Below, piece after piece: positions 27,657 to 36,767 of a DNA stretch of 64,000 nucleotides. The translations under genes were made by a program, and so were the position numbers. The stretch's first letter is position 1, and every line of letters begins with the position of its first letter. This stretch comes from Treponemataceae bacterium (lineage in GTDB: Bacteria; Spirochaetota; Spirochaetia; Treponematales; Rectinemataceae). A model generated the notes under the pieces. The model did not search any database. It had not been told where the DNA came from and worked only from the letters and a program-made list of their open reading frames with translations. The stretch covers positions 1,248,001-1,312,000 of the forward strand of contig CAXXHO010000005.1 of NCBI GenBank assembly GCA_963667725.2, read 5' to 3'.

Positions 27657-29189
27657 TTACGGCTTCGAGCCGCCGCTTATGGTTCCCAGGTTGGCGTCGA
27701 TGAGACGGCGCGCTTCCGCGAGGGCCGCGTCCGGCTTCATGCTGCCCGCGAGTATGAATCGAAGAATTTTCCACATAGTGTTTTTATAGGTGCTATAGCC
27801 TGAGCTTGGGGGTATGACGGCGCCTATCTCCGCGCTTCTTGCCAAGATGGCGTGATAGGGGCCGTCGCCTTCCGTTACCTCCCAAGCGTCTGAATTCGCC
27901 GGGAGTTTGGAGAGGGCGGTCGAAAAGCGCTGCTGAACCCCGATGCCGGACAGGTGCTCGAGGAGCCTTCGCGCGGTGACCGGGGATTGGGTGGAGCGCG
28001 TCATCGCGAAGCCTTTGAAATCGAGGAGGGGCGCCATGGGCTTGCCCGTGGACGAAACCACCGGATAGGGCGCGACGCCGAAGTCCAGGCCTATCCGTTC
28101 GAACTCGGGGATGGAATAGGACCCGCTCAGGATCATGGCGATTTTGCCCGAAGCGAAACGCGCCACCATGGCGTCGCGCTCAAGGGGCTCCAGGTAGCCT
28201 CGGTCGATCATCGAGAGAATCCAGGATATGGCCTGTCTGGTTCCACGATCGTCGGGACGGACCCCGCCGTCGGCATCGGCGATGGAAGGTTTTCCGAAGC
28301 CCATGGCTATGGGTAAAAGCCAATACGCAGAATAGACATTCCAGGAAATCGGCGTTCCGCCGCTCCGGCTTATCCGCGCGGCCATGGCTTCCAGATCGTC
28401 GGTCGTCCAGGTCAGGGCGGGCGGAACGGGGACTTGCTTTCTGTCGTAGAAAACCAGCTGCGCATCGAAATAGAAGGGAATCGCCCAACGTCGGCTTTCG
28501 GCGCTGAAGGCTGTCGCCCCATTCTCCACGATATGAGAGACGTCGATTCGATCCAGGGGCTGGAGGGTCTGCGCCGCCACGAGGTCAGGAACGTTGTCCG
28601 ATTGGATCATGAGGAGATCGGGCGTGCGCCCGCCGCCGCGCTGGACGGCCAGAAGCTTGGACCTCGTATCCGGTATGTCCACCGCTCTGACTTTCGCGCC
28701 GGAGAGCGTCGCCCAACGTTGGATTTCCGCCTTGAGTTCGGGGACGCCCTCCCAGGAGAGCCAGATTTCCAGTTCCCGCTCGCTGGCCCGGTCTCCGCTG
28801 ATGCTCACGGAACTGATGGAGGCCACCCTGGCATCCGGCGCGAGCAGGTCCCATCCTCCGGAGGACGATTCGACGATATAGAATCCGGAGAGTCTGTCCG
28901 CGAGGTTGTCTCCTATCCATATTTTTGCCCCGGCCGAGCCGGCGCACTCGATCCTCCAGGCTTCCACGAGGGGGGGAAGCAATTCGGAGATGGCGAGGCC
29001 GCGTTCCATGGAGTTCTTCGAGGGGATGGAATATGAAAGCGCGCGTAGCGCGGCGTCTGAGGGTATGGTTTTTGAGCTGCCGTTAAGGCGCAGATCGAAC
29101 GCCCAGGCAGAGGCGTGAAGCGCGAAGGCGAGGCCTAGGGAGAGAACAACCGTCCGGAAACCAGGTCCCGGCGGGTTTGAGCGAGTCAT
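27657..29189 (-). CDS. Family-1 (MalE-like) extracellular solute-binding protein with an extra N-terminal domain of about 110 aa
   Basis: Signal peptide; PDLLMI, LQPLD, WAIPFYFDAQLVFYD, FASGKIAMILSGSY, DFGVAPYP. Confidence 0.85.
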   Translation of the reverse strand: MTRSNPPGPGFRTVVLSLGLAFALHASAWAFDLRLNGSSKTIPSDAALRALSYSIPSKNSMERGLAISELLPPLVEAWRIECAGSAGAKIWIGDNLADRLSGFYIVESSSGGWDLLAPDARVASISSVSISGDRASERELEIWLSWEGVPELKAEIQRWATLSGAKVRAVDIPDTRSKLLAVQRGGGRTPDLLMIQSDNVPDLVAAQTLQPLDRIDVSHIVENGATAFSAESRRWAIPFYFDAQLVFYDRKQVPVPPALTWTTDDLEAMAARISRSGGTPISWNVYSAYWLLPIAMGFGKPSIADADGGVRPDDRGTRQAISWILSMIDRGYLEPLERDAMVARFASGKIAMILSGSYSIPEFERIGLDFGVAPYPVVSSTGKPMAPLLDFKGFAMTRSTQSPVTARRLLEHLSGIGVQQRFSTALSKLPANSDAWEVTEGDGPYHAILARSAEIGAVIPPSSGYSTYKNTMWKILRFILAGSMKPDAALAEARRLIDANLGTISGGSKP

Positions 29190-29317
29190 TATTCCCCCTT
29201 TTCAAGCATGGAAGGCTGAACCGTTTCCGGCGCAACCCGATGGCTTTTAGTCCATGGACTTCCGAGGCTCATTGTCATGATGCCGCGTATCTTTAGGAGC
29301 TAAGGCTCGAAGGAATT
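29190..29317 (-). ncRNA. Moco RNA motif-like leader (molybdenum/tungsten cofactor riboswitch candidate)
   Basis: Minus strand AUUCCUUCGAGC..CCUAA..CAUGG.CUAAAAGC-CAUC-GGGUUG.CCG-GAAA-CGG.UCAGCCUUCC..UUGAAAAGGGGGAAU-A-AUG matches the remembered Moco motif architecture (P1 over SD, CCUAA in P2, GAAA-capped P4, GCCUYCC-P5); judged by eye. Confidence 0.75.
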
Positions 29318-29326
29318 CTATGGCTG

Positions 29327-29355
29327 ATTCTATGGCGCCCATTCGCAGGCGTCAA
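29327..29355 (-). promoter_or_regulatory. Sigma70 promoter driving the Moco-like leader
   Basis: TTGACG-N17-TAGAAT, placing the TSS just 5' of P1. Confidence 0.75.
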
Positions 29356-29397
29356 GCGGATGAACCTGTCTTGACGGACAGACCCGAGCGCGGGGCG

Positions 29398-29428
29398 AAA
29401 AAAAAAGGCGCCCCGGATGGGCGCCTTT
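29398..29428 (-). terminator. Intrinsic terminator of the upstream outer-membrane protein gene
   Basis: AAAGGCGCCC/GGGCGCCTTT stem with a T9 tract on the minus strand. Confidence 0.85.
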
Positions 29429-29461
29429 CGTATCCGATCCGAATCCGATCGGGATCCGACG

Positions 29462-29962
29462 CTACAGTTTCAGGAGGACGCCGATATAGGAGGCCTCGAG
29501 GCCGGTTTCGGCGTTGATGGCGAAGTTCTCCGAAAGGAAATAGCTCGTGCCGCCGATCGTGTTGAAGCCGACGCTGGGAAGGATCGAAAGACCAAGACCA
29601 AAGTACGAATCGAAGTTGCCGATCCAGGCGAGTTCGCTGGGCAGGTCGAGGGCGCCCCAGTTGAAGTGGAGGGTGCCTACCGCGCCTACCGCGACGTCCA
29701 GGGTGCTGCCGATATAGAGTCCGGCGCGGCCGGCTACGCCATAGGTGAAGGGAAGTTTTTCGGCGATCGTGAACTTGCCGATGGCGTATTCAACGCCGCC
29801 GCCGACCGAAAGGCCGTACCAATAGCCAAAACCGATGCCGACATTCGCGTTTATAGAACCGGGATTAATGAGCATGCCATTTTTGGAATAGTTAGTGGTT
29901 TCCGCGGACGCGAAACCAACGACGACGCAGAGAAGCGCGACAAGCACCGTGAACTTCTTCAT
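29462..29962 (-). CDS. Small exported protein, probable outer-membrane beta-barrel
   Basis: Signal peptide ending ASA-E; Gly/aromatic amphipathic strands; AAGGAG SD. Confidence 0.7.
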   Translation of the reverse strand: MKKFTVLVALLCVVVGFASAETTNYSKNGMLINPGSINANVGIGFGYWYGLSVGGGVEYAIGKFTIAEKLPFTYGVAGRAGLYIGSTLDVAVGAVGTLHFNWGALDLPSELAWIGNFDSYFGLGLSILPSVGFNTIGGTSYFLSENFAINAETGLEASYIGVLLKL

Positions 29963-30258
29963 TTCCCTCTCCTTTTGCGTGAGACGATCAGGTTGATGCT
30001 TCGTCCGGAATGTATCGAAGAATCATACGATTCAAGCCGGGCAGGATAATATCCATTCATAATTGTATAGATGATTCCCGAAATTTGCAAATAATAATTA
30101 ACTTGATTCATATGGTTTTTACCCAATCGCCGTGCCGCCGAACTGTCGCTATGTATAAAAATACCAATAGCATGCGGCTTTTATGTCTTGACATTGCGAC
30201 GCCCCCTGTTGTACCGTCCCGTAAAGGATATTCACATGAGTTATATTAAAGATTCCTT

Positions 30259-31095
30259 ATGTTTCATGCGAAGCGGCCGGAACAGGCCGCATTACTCAAC
30301 CCTCTCGTACTAGTCCAGACTATTCCCCATTTGACATCGCCAGTTCCTCCCACTAATTCCCCGGCTTTAGCCATAAGGGATATCAGTAAAAGATTCGGTC
30401 CTCACGCGGTTCTGGACGGCGTTTCGCTCTCCATCCCGGCTGGAAGAATTTACGGCATCATCGGACGGAGCGGAGCGGGCAAGACCACCCTCATCAGGAT
30501 CGCCTCGCTGCTCGAGCGCGCCGACGGCGGCGAGATTTTCTATTCCGGGGTTTCAGTATCCGGAGCCAAGGGAAAGGAACTGATAGAGGCGCGCAGAAAA
30601 GCTGGGTTCGTGTTCCAGAACTTCAACCTTTTCTCCTCGAGAACCGTCGCGGGCAATGTGGCTTTTCCCCTGGAAGCGGCCGGCTGGAATAAAACGGCCA
30701 TTCGCGAAAGGGTGGAGGAGCTCGTGGAGCTCGTCGGGCTCTCTGACAAGGCGGACAGGCCGGCCGGCCGGCTTTCGGGAGGCGAGCGTCAGCGCGTCGC
30801 CATCGCCAGGGCTCTCGCTAACAGACCGCAGATACTCTTCTGCGACGAAGCTACCAGCGCTCTGGACCCCGAAACAACGAGGTCCATCCTGGATCTGATC
30901 CAGTCCCTGCGCCAGCGTTTCGGTCTCACCGTCATGATGGTTACTCACCAGATGGAAGTGGTCAGGAGAATCTGCGACGATGTCGCGATCATCTCCGACG
31001 GCTTGATCGTGGAGAGCGGCCCCGTGGCTTCCGTTTTTTCCCGTCCAAGCAGCGAAACCGGACGCCGTCTCGTGGCGGAGGTCAATCATGCGTGA
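30259..31095 (+). CDS. metN: Methionine ABC transporter ATP-binding protein (short form, no C-terminal NIL domain)
   Basis: GIIGRSGAGKTT, FQNFNLFSSRTV, LSGGERQRVAIARAL, CDEATSALDP, THQMEVV; start uncertain (TTG 30331 possible). Confidence 0.88.
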   Translation: MFHAKRPEQAALLNPLVLVQTIPHLTSPVPPTNSPALAIRDISKRFGPHAVLDGVSLSIPAGRIYGIIGRSGAGKTTLIRIASLLERADGGEIFYSGVSVSGAKGKELIEARRKAGFVFQNFNLFSSRTVAGNVAFPLEAAGWNKTAIRERVEELVELVGLSDKADRPAGRLSGGERQRVAIARALANRPQILFCDEATSALDPETTRSILDLIQSLRQRFGLTVMMVTHQMEVVRRICDDVAIISDGLIVESGPVASVFSRPSSETGRRLVAEVNHA

Positions 31096-31753
31096 AATCT
31101 TTGACCTCATCGCCAGGCCGGTTCTGGAAACCATCCTCATGGTGATCGCGTCCACGACGATCGCTGGACTGTTCGGCGGTTCCATCGGTCTCGCGCTCTA
31201 CTTCATGTCGAACGAAAGGCTTTCCGAACATTCGGGTCAGCTTTCGATCGTGAAGAAAGTCGCCGACCGGGTGATCAACACCCTGCGGTCGTTTCCCTTC
31301 GTCATTCTCATGGTCCTTGTGCTTCCTCTTTCACGCCTCATCGTGGGGACGAGCCTTGGGACGGTGGCGGCCATCGTGCCTCTTTCCATCGCGGCTATGC
31401 CCTTTGTGGCGCGCATCGTCGAATCGTCGTTGGCCGAAATCGATGGCGGCATCCTCGACGCGGCTCTCTCTTCGGGAGCCACGAAGGCCAGAATTCTCTT
31501 CGCCATTCTCGTGCCTGAAGCCCTCCCTTCGCTTATCGCCGGTCTCACGCTCACGATGATCAACCTGGTGGGTTATTCCGCCATGGCAGGGGTCATCGGA
31601 GGGGGCGGTCTCGGCGATCTGGCCATCAGATACGGCTACCAGCGTTTCAGGACCGACATCATGATCGCATCGGTGCTCTCGATCATCATACTCGTCGAGG
31701 GAATCCAGATGACGGGCAACAGGATCACGAGGAATCTGAAGCTCAAGCGCTGA
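31088..31753 (+). CDS. metI: Methionine ABC transporter permease
   Basis: RSFPFVILM, GTSLG, GYSAMAG.IGGGGLGDLAIRYGYQRF. Confidence 0.93.
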   Translation: MREIFDLIARPVLETILMVIASTTIAGLFGGSIGLALYFMSNERLSEHSGQLSIVKKVADRVINTLRSFPFVILMVLVLPLSRLIVGTSLGTVAAIVPLSIAAMPFVARIVESSLAEIDGGILDAALSSGATKARILFAILVPEALPSLIAGLTLTMINLVGYSAMAGVIGGGGLGDLAIRYGYQRFRTDIMIASVLSIIILVEGIQMTGNRITRNLKLKR

Positions 31754-31809
31754 TCAGACAGTCCCCAATGCCCCCTATGGCGGCATAATCTCATCGCAGG
31801 AGGTTCGCT

Positions 31810-32625
31810 ATGAACCGGAACAACCGTACTGTATCCTTTATCCTGGCGACGGCATTGGCAATCGCCGCCGTCTCCGTCCCGGCCTTCGCCCAGACCGCTC
31901 AGAAGCCCGTGACGCTCAAAGTCGGCGCCAATCCCATTCCCCACGCCGATCTGCTCAACCTGGTGAAGGCGGATCTTCTCGCCCAGGGCATCAAGCTCGA
32001 GATCGTCGAGATCACCGACTATGTGACGCCCAACCTTCTTCTCGCCGAAAAGCAGCTCGACGCGAATTTTTTCCAGCACACGCCCTATCTCAACAATTTC
32101 GCGGCGGAGCGCAAGCTGGCCCTGGAACCCGCCGGCCAGGTATTCGTCGCGCCTCTCGGCCTCTATTCCAGGAAATACAAAAAGTTGAACGATCTTCCCG
32201 TCGGCGCCGTCATCACCATACCGAACGATCCGACTAACGAAGCCCGCGCCCTCATACTTTTCCAGAATAAGGGGCTCATAAAGCTGGCCGCTGGCTCTGG
32301 GCTGAAGGCGACGATACGCGACATCACCGAGAATCCCAAGAAATTCCAGTTCAAGGAAATCGAGGCTCCGCAGCTTCCGAGAACCCTGGACGACGCCGCC
32401 GCCGCCGTCATCAACGGCAGCTTCGCCACCCAGGCCGGTTTCTATCCCTCTAGGGACAACCTGATGATCGAAGGCGCCGAGTCTCCCTATCCCAATATTC
32501 TCGCCACCCGCAAGGGTGACGCCGACGATTGGCGCGTAGTGGCCCTGCTCAAGGCCCTACAGTCCGAAAAAGTGCGGCAGTATCTCGAGAACAACTATAA
32601 CGGGAGTTTCGTGCCGGCCTTCTGA
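31810..32625 (+). CDS. metQ: MetQ/NlpA family substrate-binding protein
   Basis: LKVGA..PHA, DYVTPN, DANFFQH.PYL, IPNDPTNEARAL, QLPRTLDD, SPYPN. Confidence 0.92.
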   Translation: MNRNNRTVSFILATALAIAAVSVPAFAQTAQKPVTLKVGANPIPHADLLNLVKADLLAQGIKLEIVEITDYVTPNLLLAEKQLDANFFQHTPYLNNFAAERKLALEPAGQVFVAPLGLYSRKYKKLNDLPVGAVITIPNDPTNEARALILFQNKGLIKLAAGSGLKATIRDITENPKKFQFKEIEAPQLPRTLDDAAAAVINGSFATQAGFYPSRDNLMIEGAESPYPNILATRKGDADDWRVVALLKALQSEKVRQYLENNYNGSFVPAF

Positions 32626-32745
32626 TATCCTATGGTTTGACAGCATGGCGCCTTCATGCGATAGTGGCCTGATTTTGCGGCCGCGACTATCTGAAGGCGT
32701 CTTTTTTTTTAGCCTTGTTCCGCCGCAGGGAAGGATGGAGCAAGT

Positions 32746-33981
32746 ATGATTTCCGCGAAGGGAAAGCTGGGGTTCATAACAGGCCAGCCGAAGAACTGGA
32801 AAGTCACCGCGACCCGCGCCTCTCTCGACAAGCTCATCTATCAGATGGTCTTCCCCTATCTCGGCGTCTATCTCGTCGGCCTCGGCGCCACGGGCACAAC
32901 GCTGGGGCTGGCCAATGGCTTGGGCATGGCCTTGAGCGCTCTCTACGGCCTTGTAGGCGCTTCTTTCATAAAGCGATCCGGCACCAGGCGCATGTATCTT
33001 CGCGGTTTGGCCATAGTCGCCTTTTCCTATCTGGTTCTGGGGCTGGCCGGCGGGTGGGTTGTGGGCATGGCGGGCGTGATGGCCTGGTGGCTGGGCTCGG
33101 CCGAGACCGGTCTCTGCTGCAATGTCGTCTGCGGCAGTTCCCTGGAGAACAAGGGGAGGGCGACGGCCATGGGCACCTGCGAGAGCGTCGCGCAGGGGAC
33201 GATGAGCTTCATCGGACCGGCGATCGGCGCCGGCATCGTCGGTCTCCTCGGCGGCCTTAAGGTCGCGACGATCCGCCCGTTGTTTTTCCTGGCCTTCGCG
33301 GGTGAAATCGGCTGTCTTTATTTCGTGAAGCGCAATCTGACGGACTGCGGGGCCGCGGCCCGCGCCGCGACGCGCACAGGCCCGAACACGGGCCTCGCCA
33401 ATCCATTTCATATTCTTAAAGGAAGAAAGCATCTCGGCAGGTTCATCGCCGTCTCCTGCCTGACCAACCTTCCCGTCGGCATGGTTCTGCCATTCACCCA
33501 GCTTTTCGCGAGCGAAACGAAATCCGCTAGTCCCTACATTCTCGCCGCCATGGTGACGGGCTCAGCCTTGGTCAGTCTCGCGGTCGGGCTTCCCATCGGG
33601 AGAGTGGCCGACAGGATAGGCAGGAAAAAAATCCTCTATGCCCTCGCGCCGCTCTTCTTGGCGAGCAATGTCCTGCTCATCTCCAGTTCGGCTCCCGTTT
33701 TTCTGATCCTTTCGGGAATTCTCCAGGGTGTCTTCCCCGTTACGCTCGTCATTTCCGCCGCCATGGCTTTCGAGCAGGTGCCCGCTGAGGATATGGGCGA
33801 TTGGATGGCCATACTCCGATTTTTCAAGATGGCCATGGGAGCCGTATTGACGATTCTCTCCGGACTGATCTGGGATCACCTGGGACCGCAATGGGTCTTC
33901 ATCTTCGCGGCCGGCATCGACATTTTCGTGAGAATCCCCCTGCTTATGAGCATCCCCGAAACCTTGGAGAAGAAGGCTTAA
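32746..33981 (+). CDS. MFS transporter
   Basis: About 12 hydrophobic segments; GRVADRIGRK motif A. Confidence 0.85.
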   Translation: MISAKGKLGFITGQPKNWKVTATRASLDKLIYQMVFPYLGVYLVGLGATGTTLGLANGLGMALSALYGLVGASFIKRSGTRRMYLRGLAIVAFSYLVLGLAGGWVVGMAGVMAWWLGSAETGLCCNVVCGSSLENKGRATAMGTCESVAQGTMSFIGPAIGAGIVGLLGGLKVATIRPLFFLAFAGEIGCLYFVKRNLTDCGAAARAATRTGPNTGLANPFHILKGRKHLGRFIAVSCLTNLPVGMVLPFTQLFASETKSASPYILAAMVTGSALVSLAVGLPIGRVADRIGRKKILYALAPLFLASNVLLISSSAPVFLILSGILQGVFPVTLVISAAMAFEQVPAEDMGDWMAILRFFKMAMGAVLTILSGLIWDHLGPQWVFIFAAGIDIFVRIPLLMSIPETLEKKA

Positions 33982-34081
33982 GTCGTCGGATCAAGCTGCC
34001 CGACCGGGGCGATTAAACCGTGGCGCGCCCTTTCCCCCTTGCCGATGAAATTAGTATTTTTTTATCGAAAGGAGCGCTTCG

Positions 34082-35242
34082 ATGAAATACATCATCATCG
34101 GCAATGGAGCGGCGGGCATGGCCGCCGCTGAATCGATACGCGACAAGGACCCCGAGGGCGAGGTTGTCATCTATACGAACGAGGATCGGTATAACTATTC
34201 GCGCCCCAGGATCATAGAATACCTGAACGGAGCTTTCCCCGGCGAAAAACTGACGATCAGGGGGAAGGAATTCTATGAAAAGAAGAACCTGCGACTCGTG
34301 AAGCCGGCATCGATCGAGGCTATCGATCCGCCAGCCCGCGCCGTGTCGCTTCGCGGCGGGGCCTTGGATTATTTCGACAGGCTCATCATCGCGACCGGGG
34401 CTTCGGCCTTCAGGCCATCCATCGAGGGCGCGGACCTCGACTCCGTCTTCACGTTGAGGACGATCGACGACGCCGACAGAATCCTGGCCCGCTGCGCCGG
34501 CGGCAAAGAAGTCGTCGTTTTGGGCGGCGGGCTTCTGGGAATCGAGACGGCGGCCAATCTCGCGAAGACGTGCACGAAGACCACTATCGTTGAAATGTTC
34601 GACCGCCTCCTTCCCCGCCAGCTGGACGCCGAAGCCGCCTCGGTGCTCCAAGCGATGCTCGAAAAAGAAGGTTTGCGATTTCTTCTCGGGAAACAGACCT
34701 CTGCGATCCGGAAAAAGGGCGAGGTTTCGGCGCTGATCTTCCGCGACGGTTCGTCGATCGAAGCCGACATAATCGTCTTTTCGGCCGGCATCGTGAGCAA
34801 CGTCGAGCTTGCCCGCGGCGCGGGAATCCTCTGCGATCGGGGCATCGTCGTCGACGAACATATGGAGACCAGTATTTCCGGCATCTTCGCCGCCGGCGAC
34901 GCCGCCCAGTTCAGGGGCCGGGTATATGGCCTCTGGCCAGTCGCCAGGGAGCAGGGCGGCGTCGCCGGCCGCAACGCCGCGGGCGAGGAGGCGACGTACT
35001 ACGGCAGTCCCGTATCCGTCAAGCTCAAGGTGAGCGGGATCGAGCTCGTCTCCCTGGGATCGATCGAGGCGGGAGAGGGCGTCTCCGTCGTGACGAGACG
35101 CGGCGACGAGCGCTTCAAGCGCCTTTTCCTGAAGGATGGGCGGCTGGCCGGAGCCATCCTCATCGGCGACGTATCGGGCTCCGCCGGGCTTCAGAAACTC
35201 CTGATGTCAGGGGAAATCGTCGGGAAGCCTGAATCTTTATAA
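34082..35242 (+). CDS. NAD(P)/FAD-dependent oxidoreductase (NADH:rubredoxin reductase/NirB N-terminal-like)
   Basis: IIGNGAAG, LIIATGA, VLGGGLLGIE, GIVVD.HMETS...FAAGD, LKVSGI. Confidence 0.88.
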   Translation: MKYIIIGNGAAGMAAAESIRDKDPEGEVVIYTNEDRYNYSRPRIIEYLNGAFPGEKLTIRGKEFYEKKNLRLVKPASIEAIDPPARAVSLRGGALDYFDRLIIATGASAFRPSIEGADLDSVFTLRTIDDADRILARCAGGKEVVVLGGGLLGIETAANLAKTCTKTTIVEMFDRLLPRQLDAEAASVLQAMLEKEGLRFLLGKQTSAIRKKGEVSALIFRDGSSIEADIIVFSAGIVSNVELARGAGILCDRGIVVDEHMETSISGIFAAGDAAQFRGRVYGLWPVAREQGGVAGRNAAGEEATYYGSPVSVKLKVSGIELVSLGSIEAGEGVSVVTRRGDERFKRLFLKDGRLAGAILIGDVSGSAGLQKLLMSGEIVGKPESL

Positions 35243-35316
35243 TCCATACTCTGGCCTCGCCGTCCGGGGAACACTATAATCGTGCTGAATGGCATCAATT
35301 CTATAGGAGGATATTC

Positions 35317-36216
35317 ATGAATAGAAGACTTTTCGCGATTCTGACCTTGGCGATATTCACCGCCGCCGGCGTCTGGGCCGCGCCCGGAGCTTTCGGACCC
35401 TACGCGTTCAACGCGATCGCGGTGAGCGTACCCTCCCGCGGCGTCAGCGTTCCCGCGCTGCTTACGCTTCCCCAAAAGGAAGGAAAGCTTCCCCTCGTCG
35501 TCATGGCCCATGGGCACGGCGGCAGCAAGGAAGAAAATGGCGGCTTCACCGCCATCGCCGAAGCGCTCGCGGTCCGCGGCGTGGCGAGCATCAGGATGGA
35601 CTTCCCCGGCTGCGGCGCGAGCGCCGAACCTTTCACCGCGAATACCCTCACCAATATGCTCGCCGATATGGAAGCGGCGCGCGCCTACGCGGTAGGCCGT
35701 ACGCAGATCGATCTCTCCAACATGGGTGTCTTCGGCTACAGCATGGGCGGCCGACTCGCGATCCTTTCAGCCTCGAAGGGCTACCGCTCCCTGGGCCTTC
35801 TCGCGCCCGTCGGCACCGATGGCCCCGACGCGATGTATGTCTTCATGGGAGGGAAGGGAAAATACGCCGAATACGCCGCGAAGGCCAAGGCCGATGGCCA
35901 TGTGCTTTTCACGACTCCCTACGGTCAGGTACAGGATCTGAGCGCGAAATGGTTCAGCGACAACGAAGCGGCCAAGGGTCTCGCCGCGGTATCCGCGTTC
36001 ACCGGTCCCATCCTCTTCGTGACGGGCGGCGCCGACACCATTATCCCGGCGTCCGTGATCCAGGCGACGGCTGGCGCGGCGGTGGCCAGCTCGTATATCG
36101 AAATCGTGCCCGTGGCCGGCGCTGATCACGGCTACGGCTTCTACGGCGGCGACTCCGCTCTCAAAGCCCAGACGGCCGAAGCGATCGCCAGCTTCTTTGC
36201 CCTCACGCTGCGCTGA
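35317..36216 (+). CDS. Exported alpha/beta hydrolase
   Basis: Signal peptide; HGHGG, DFPGCG.S, GYSMGG nucleophile elbow, G.AD, GADH. Confidence 0.88.
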   Translation: MNRRLFAILTLAIFTAAGVWAAPGAFGPYAFNAIAVSVPSRGVSVPALLTLPQKEGKLPLVVMAHGHGGSKEENGGFTAIAEALAVRGVASIRMDFPGCGASAEPFTANTLTNMLADMEAARAYAVGRTQIDLSNMGVFGYSMGGRLAILSASKGYRSLGLLAPVGTDGPDAMYVFMGGKGKYAEYAAKAKADGHVLFTTPYGQVQDLSAKWFSDNEAAKGLAAVSAFTGPILFVTGGADTIIPASVIQATAGAAVASSYIEIVPVAGADHGYGFYGGDSALKAQTAEAIASFFALTLR

Positions 36217-36242
36217 TCCGTCGGCGAGGGGCCGCGGCTCAA

Positions 36243-36767
36243 TCAGCGCAGCGGCTCCTCGCCGTGATTCTGACCGAGGAACAGCCCCATGCAGACGAGG
36301 TCCTCGTATTCTCCCTTGAATTTTCTTTTTTTTCTGAGACAGCCTTCTTCGGTAAAGCCTGCTTTCAGGTACAGGGCTCGGGCTGCCGTATTCGTCTCGA
36401 ATACTTCGAGCTCCAGTTTCTCGAGGCCAAGCCTCGTGGCTCCTTCGATGCAGGCGCTCAAGAGTCTTTTTCCCAGTCCTTTTCCCCGGTGCTCAGCGGC
36501 TATGCCCATTCCGACGGTCGCCGAATGGCGGATCTCCTCGAAACCGCCTATATTGATGTCGATCCAGCCGACGAGCTCGCCAGAGTCGGTGTAGGCTCCA
36601 AGCATAGGATTGCCTGCTTCGTTGTGCGCTTCTATGTACTTTCTCGTGCTGCCGGCTGGAAAGCGTAGCGAGAAAAAGAGGTATTTCTCCTCGTCCTTTA
36701 TCCTGTTGATGAGCGAAAAAAGAATGTCTGCGTCATTGGGCGATACTGGTCTGATCTCGTAGTTCAT
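36243..36767 (-). CDS. GNAT family N-acetyltransferase
   Basis: GMGI...HRGKGLG, LEVFETN..A.ALY.KAGF..EG; ATGA overlap with the upstream gene. Confidence 0.88.
   Translation of the reverse strand: MNYEIRPVSPNDADILFSLINRIKDEEKYLFFSLRFPAGSTRKYIEAHNEAGNPMLGAYTDSGELVGWIDINIGGFEEIRHSATVGMGIAAEHRGKGLGKRLLSACIEGATRLGLEKLELEVFETNTAARALYLKAGFTEEGCLRKKRKFKGEYEDLVCMGLFLGQNHGEEPLR

Noticed and set aside
29190..29317. Cobalamin or TPP riboswitch as an alternative identity for the leader
   Set aside because: Lacks the B12-box/GGGAA..GCCACUG and the TPP CUGAGA signatures; the Moco pattern fits better
29430..29460. ATCCG microrepeat after the outer-membrane protein gene
   Set aside because: Short and degenerate; no supportable function
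30050..30330. SAM riboswitch upstream of metNIQ
   Set aside because: No SAM-I core (AUC..AGA/GGA, GCAACC, GUGC) recognisable
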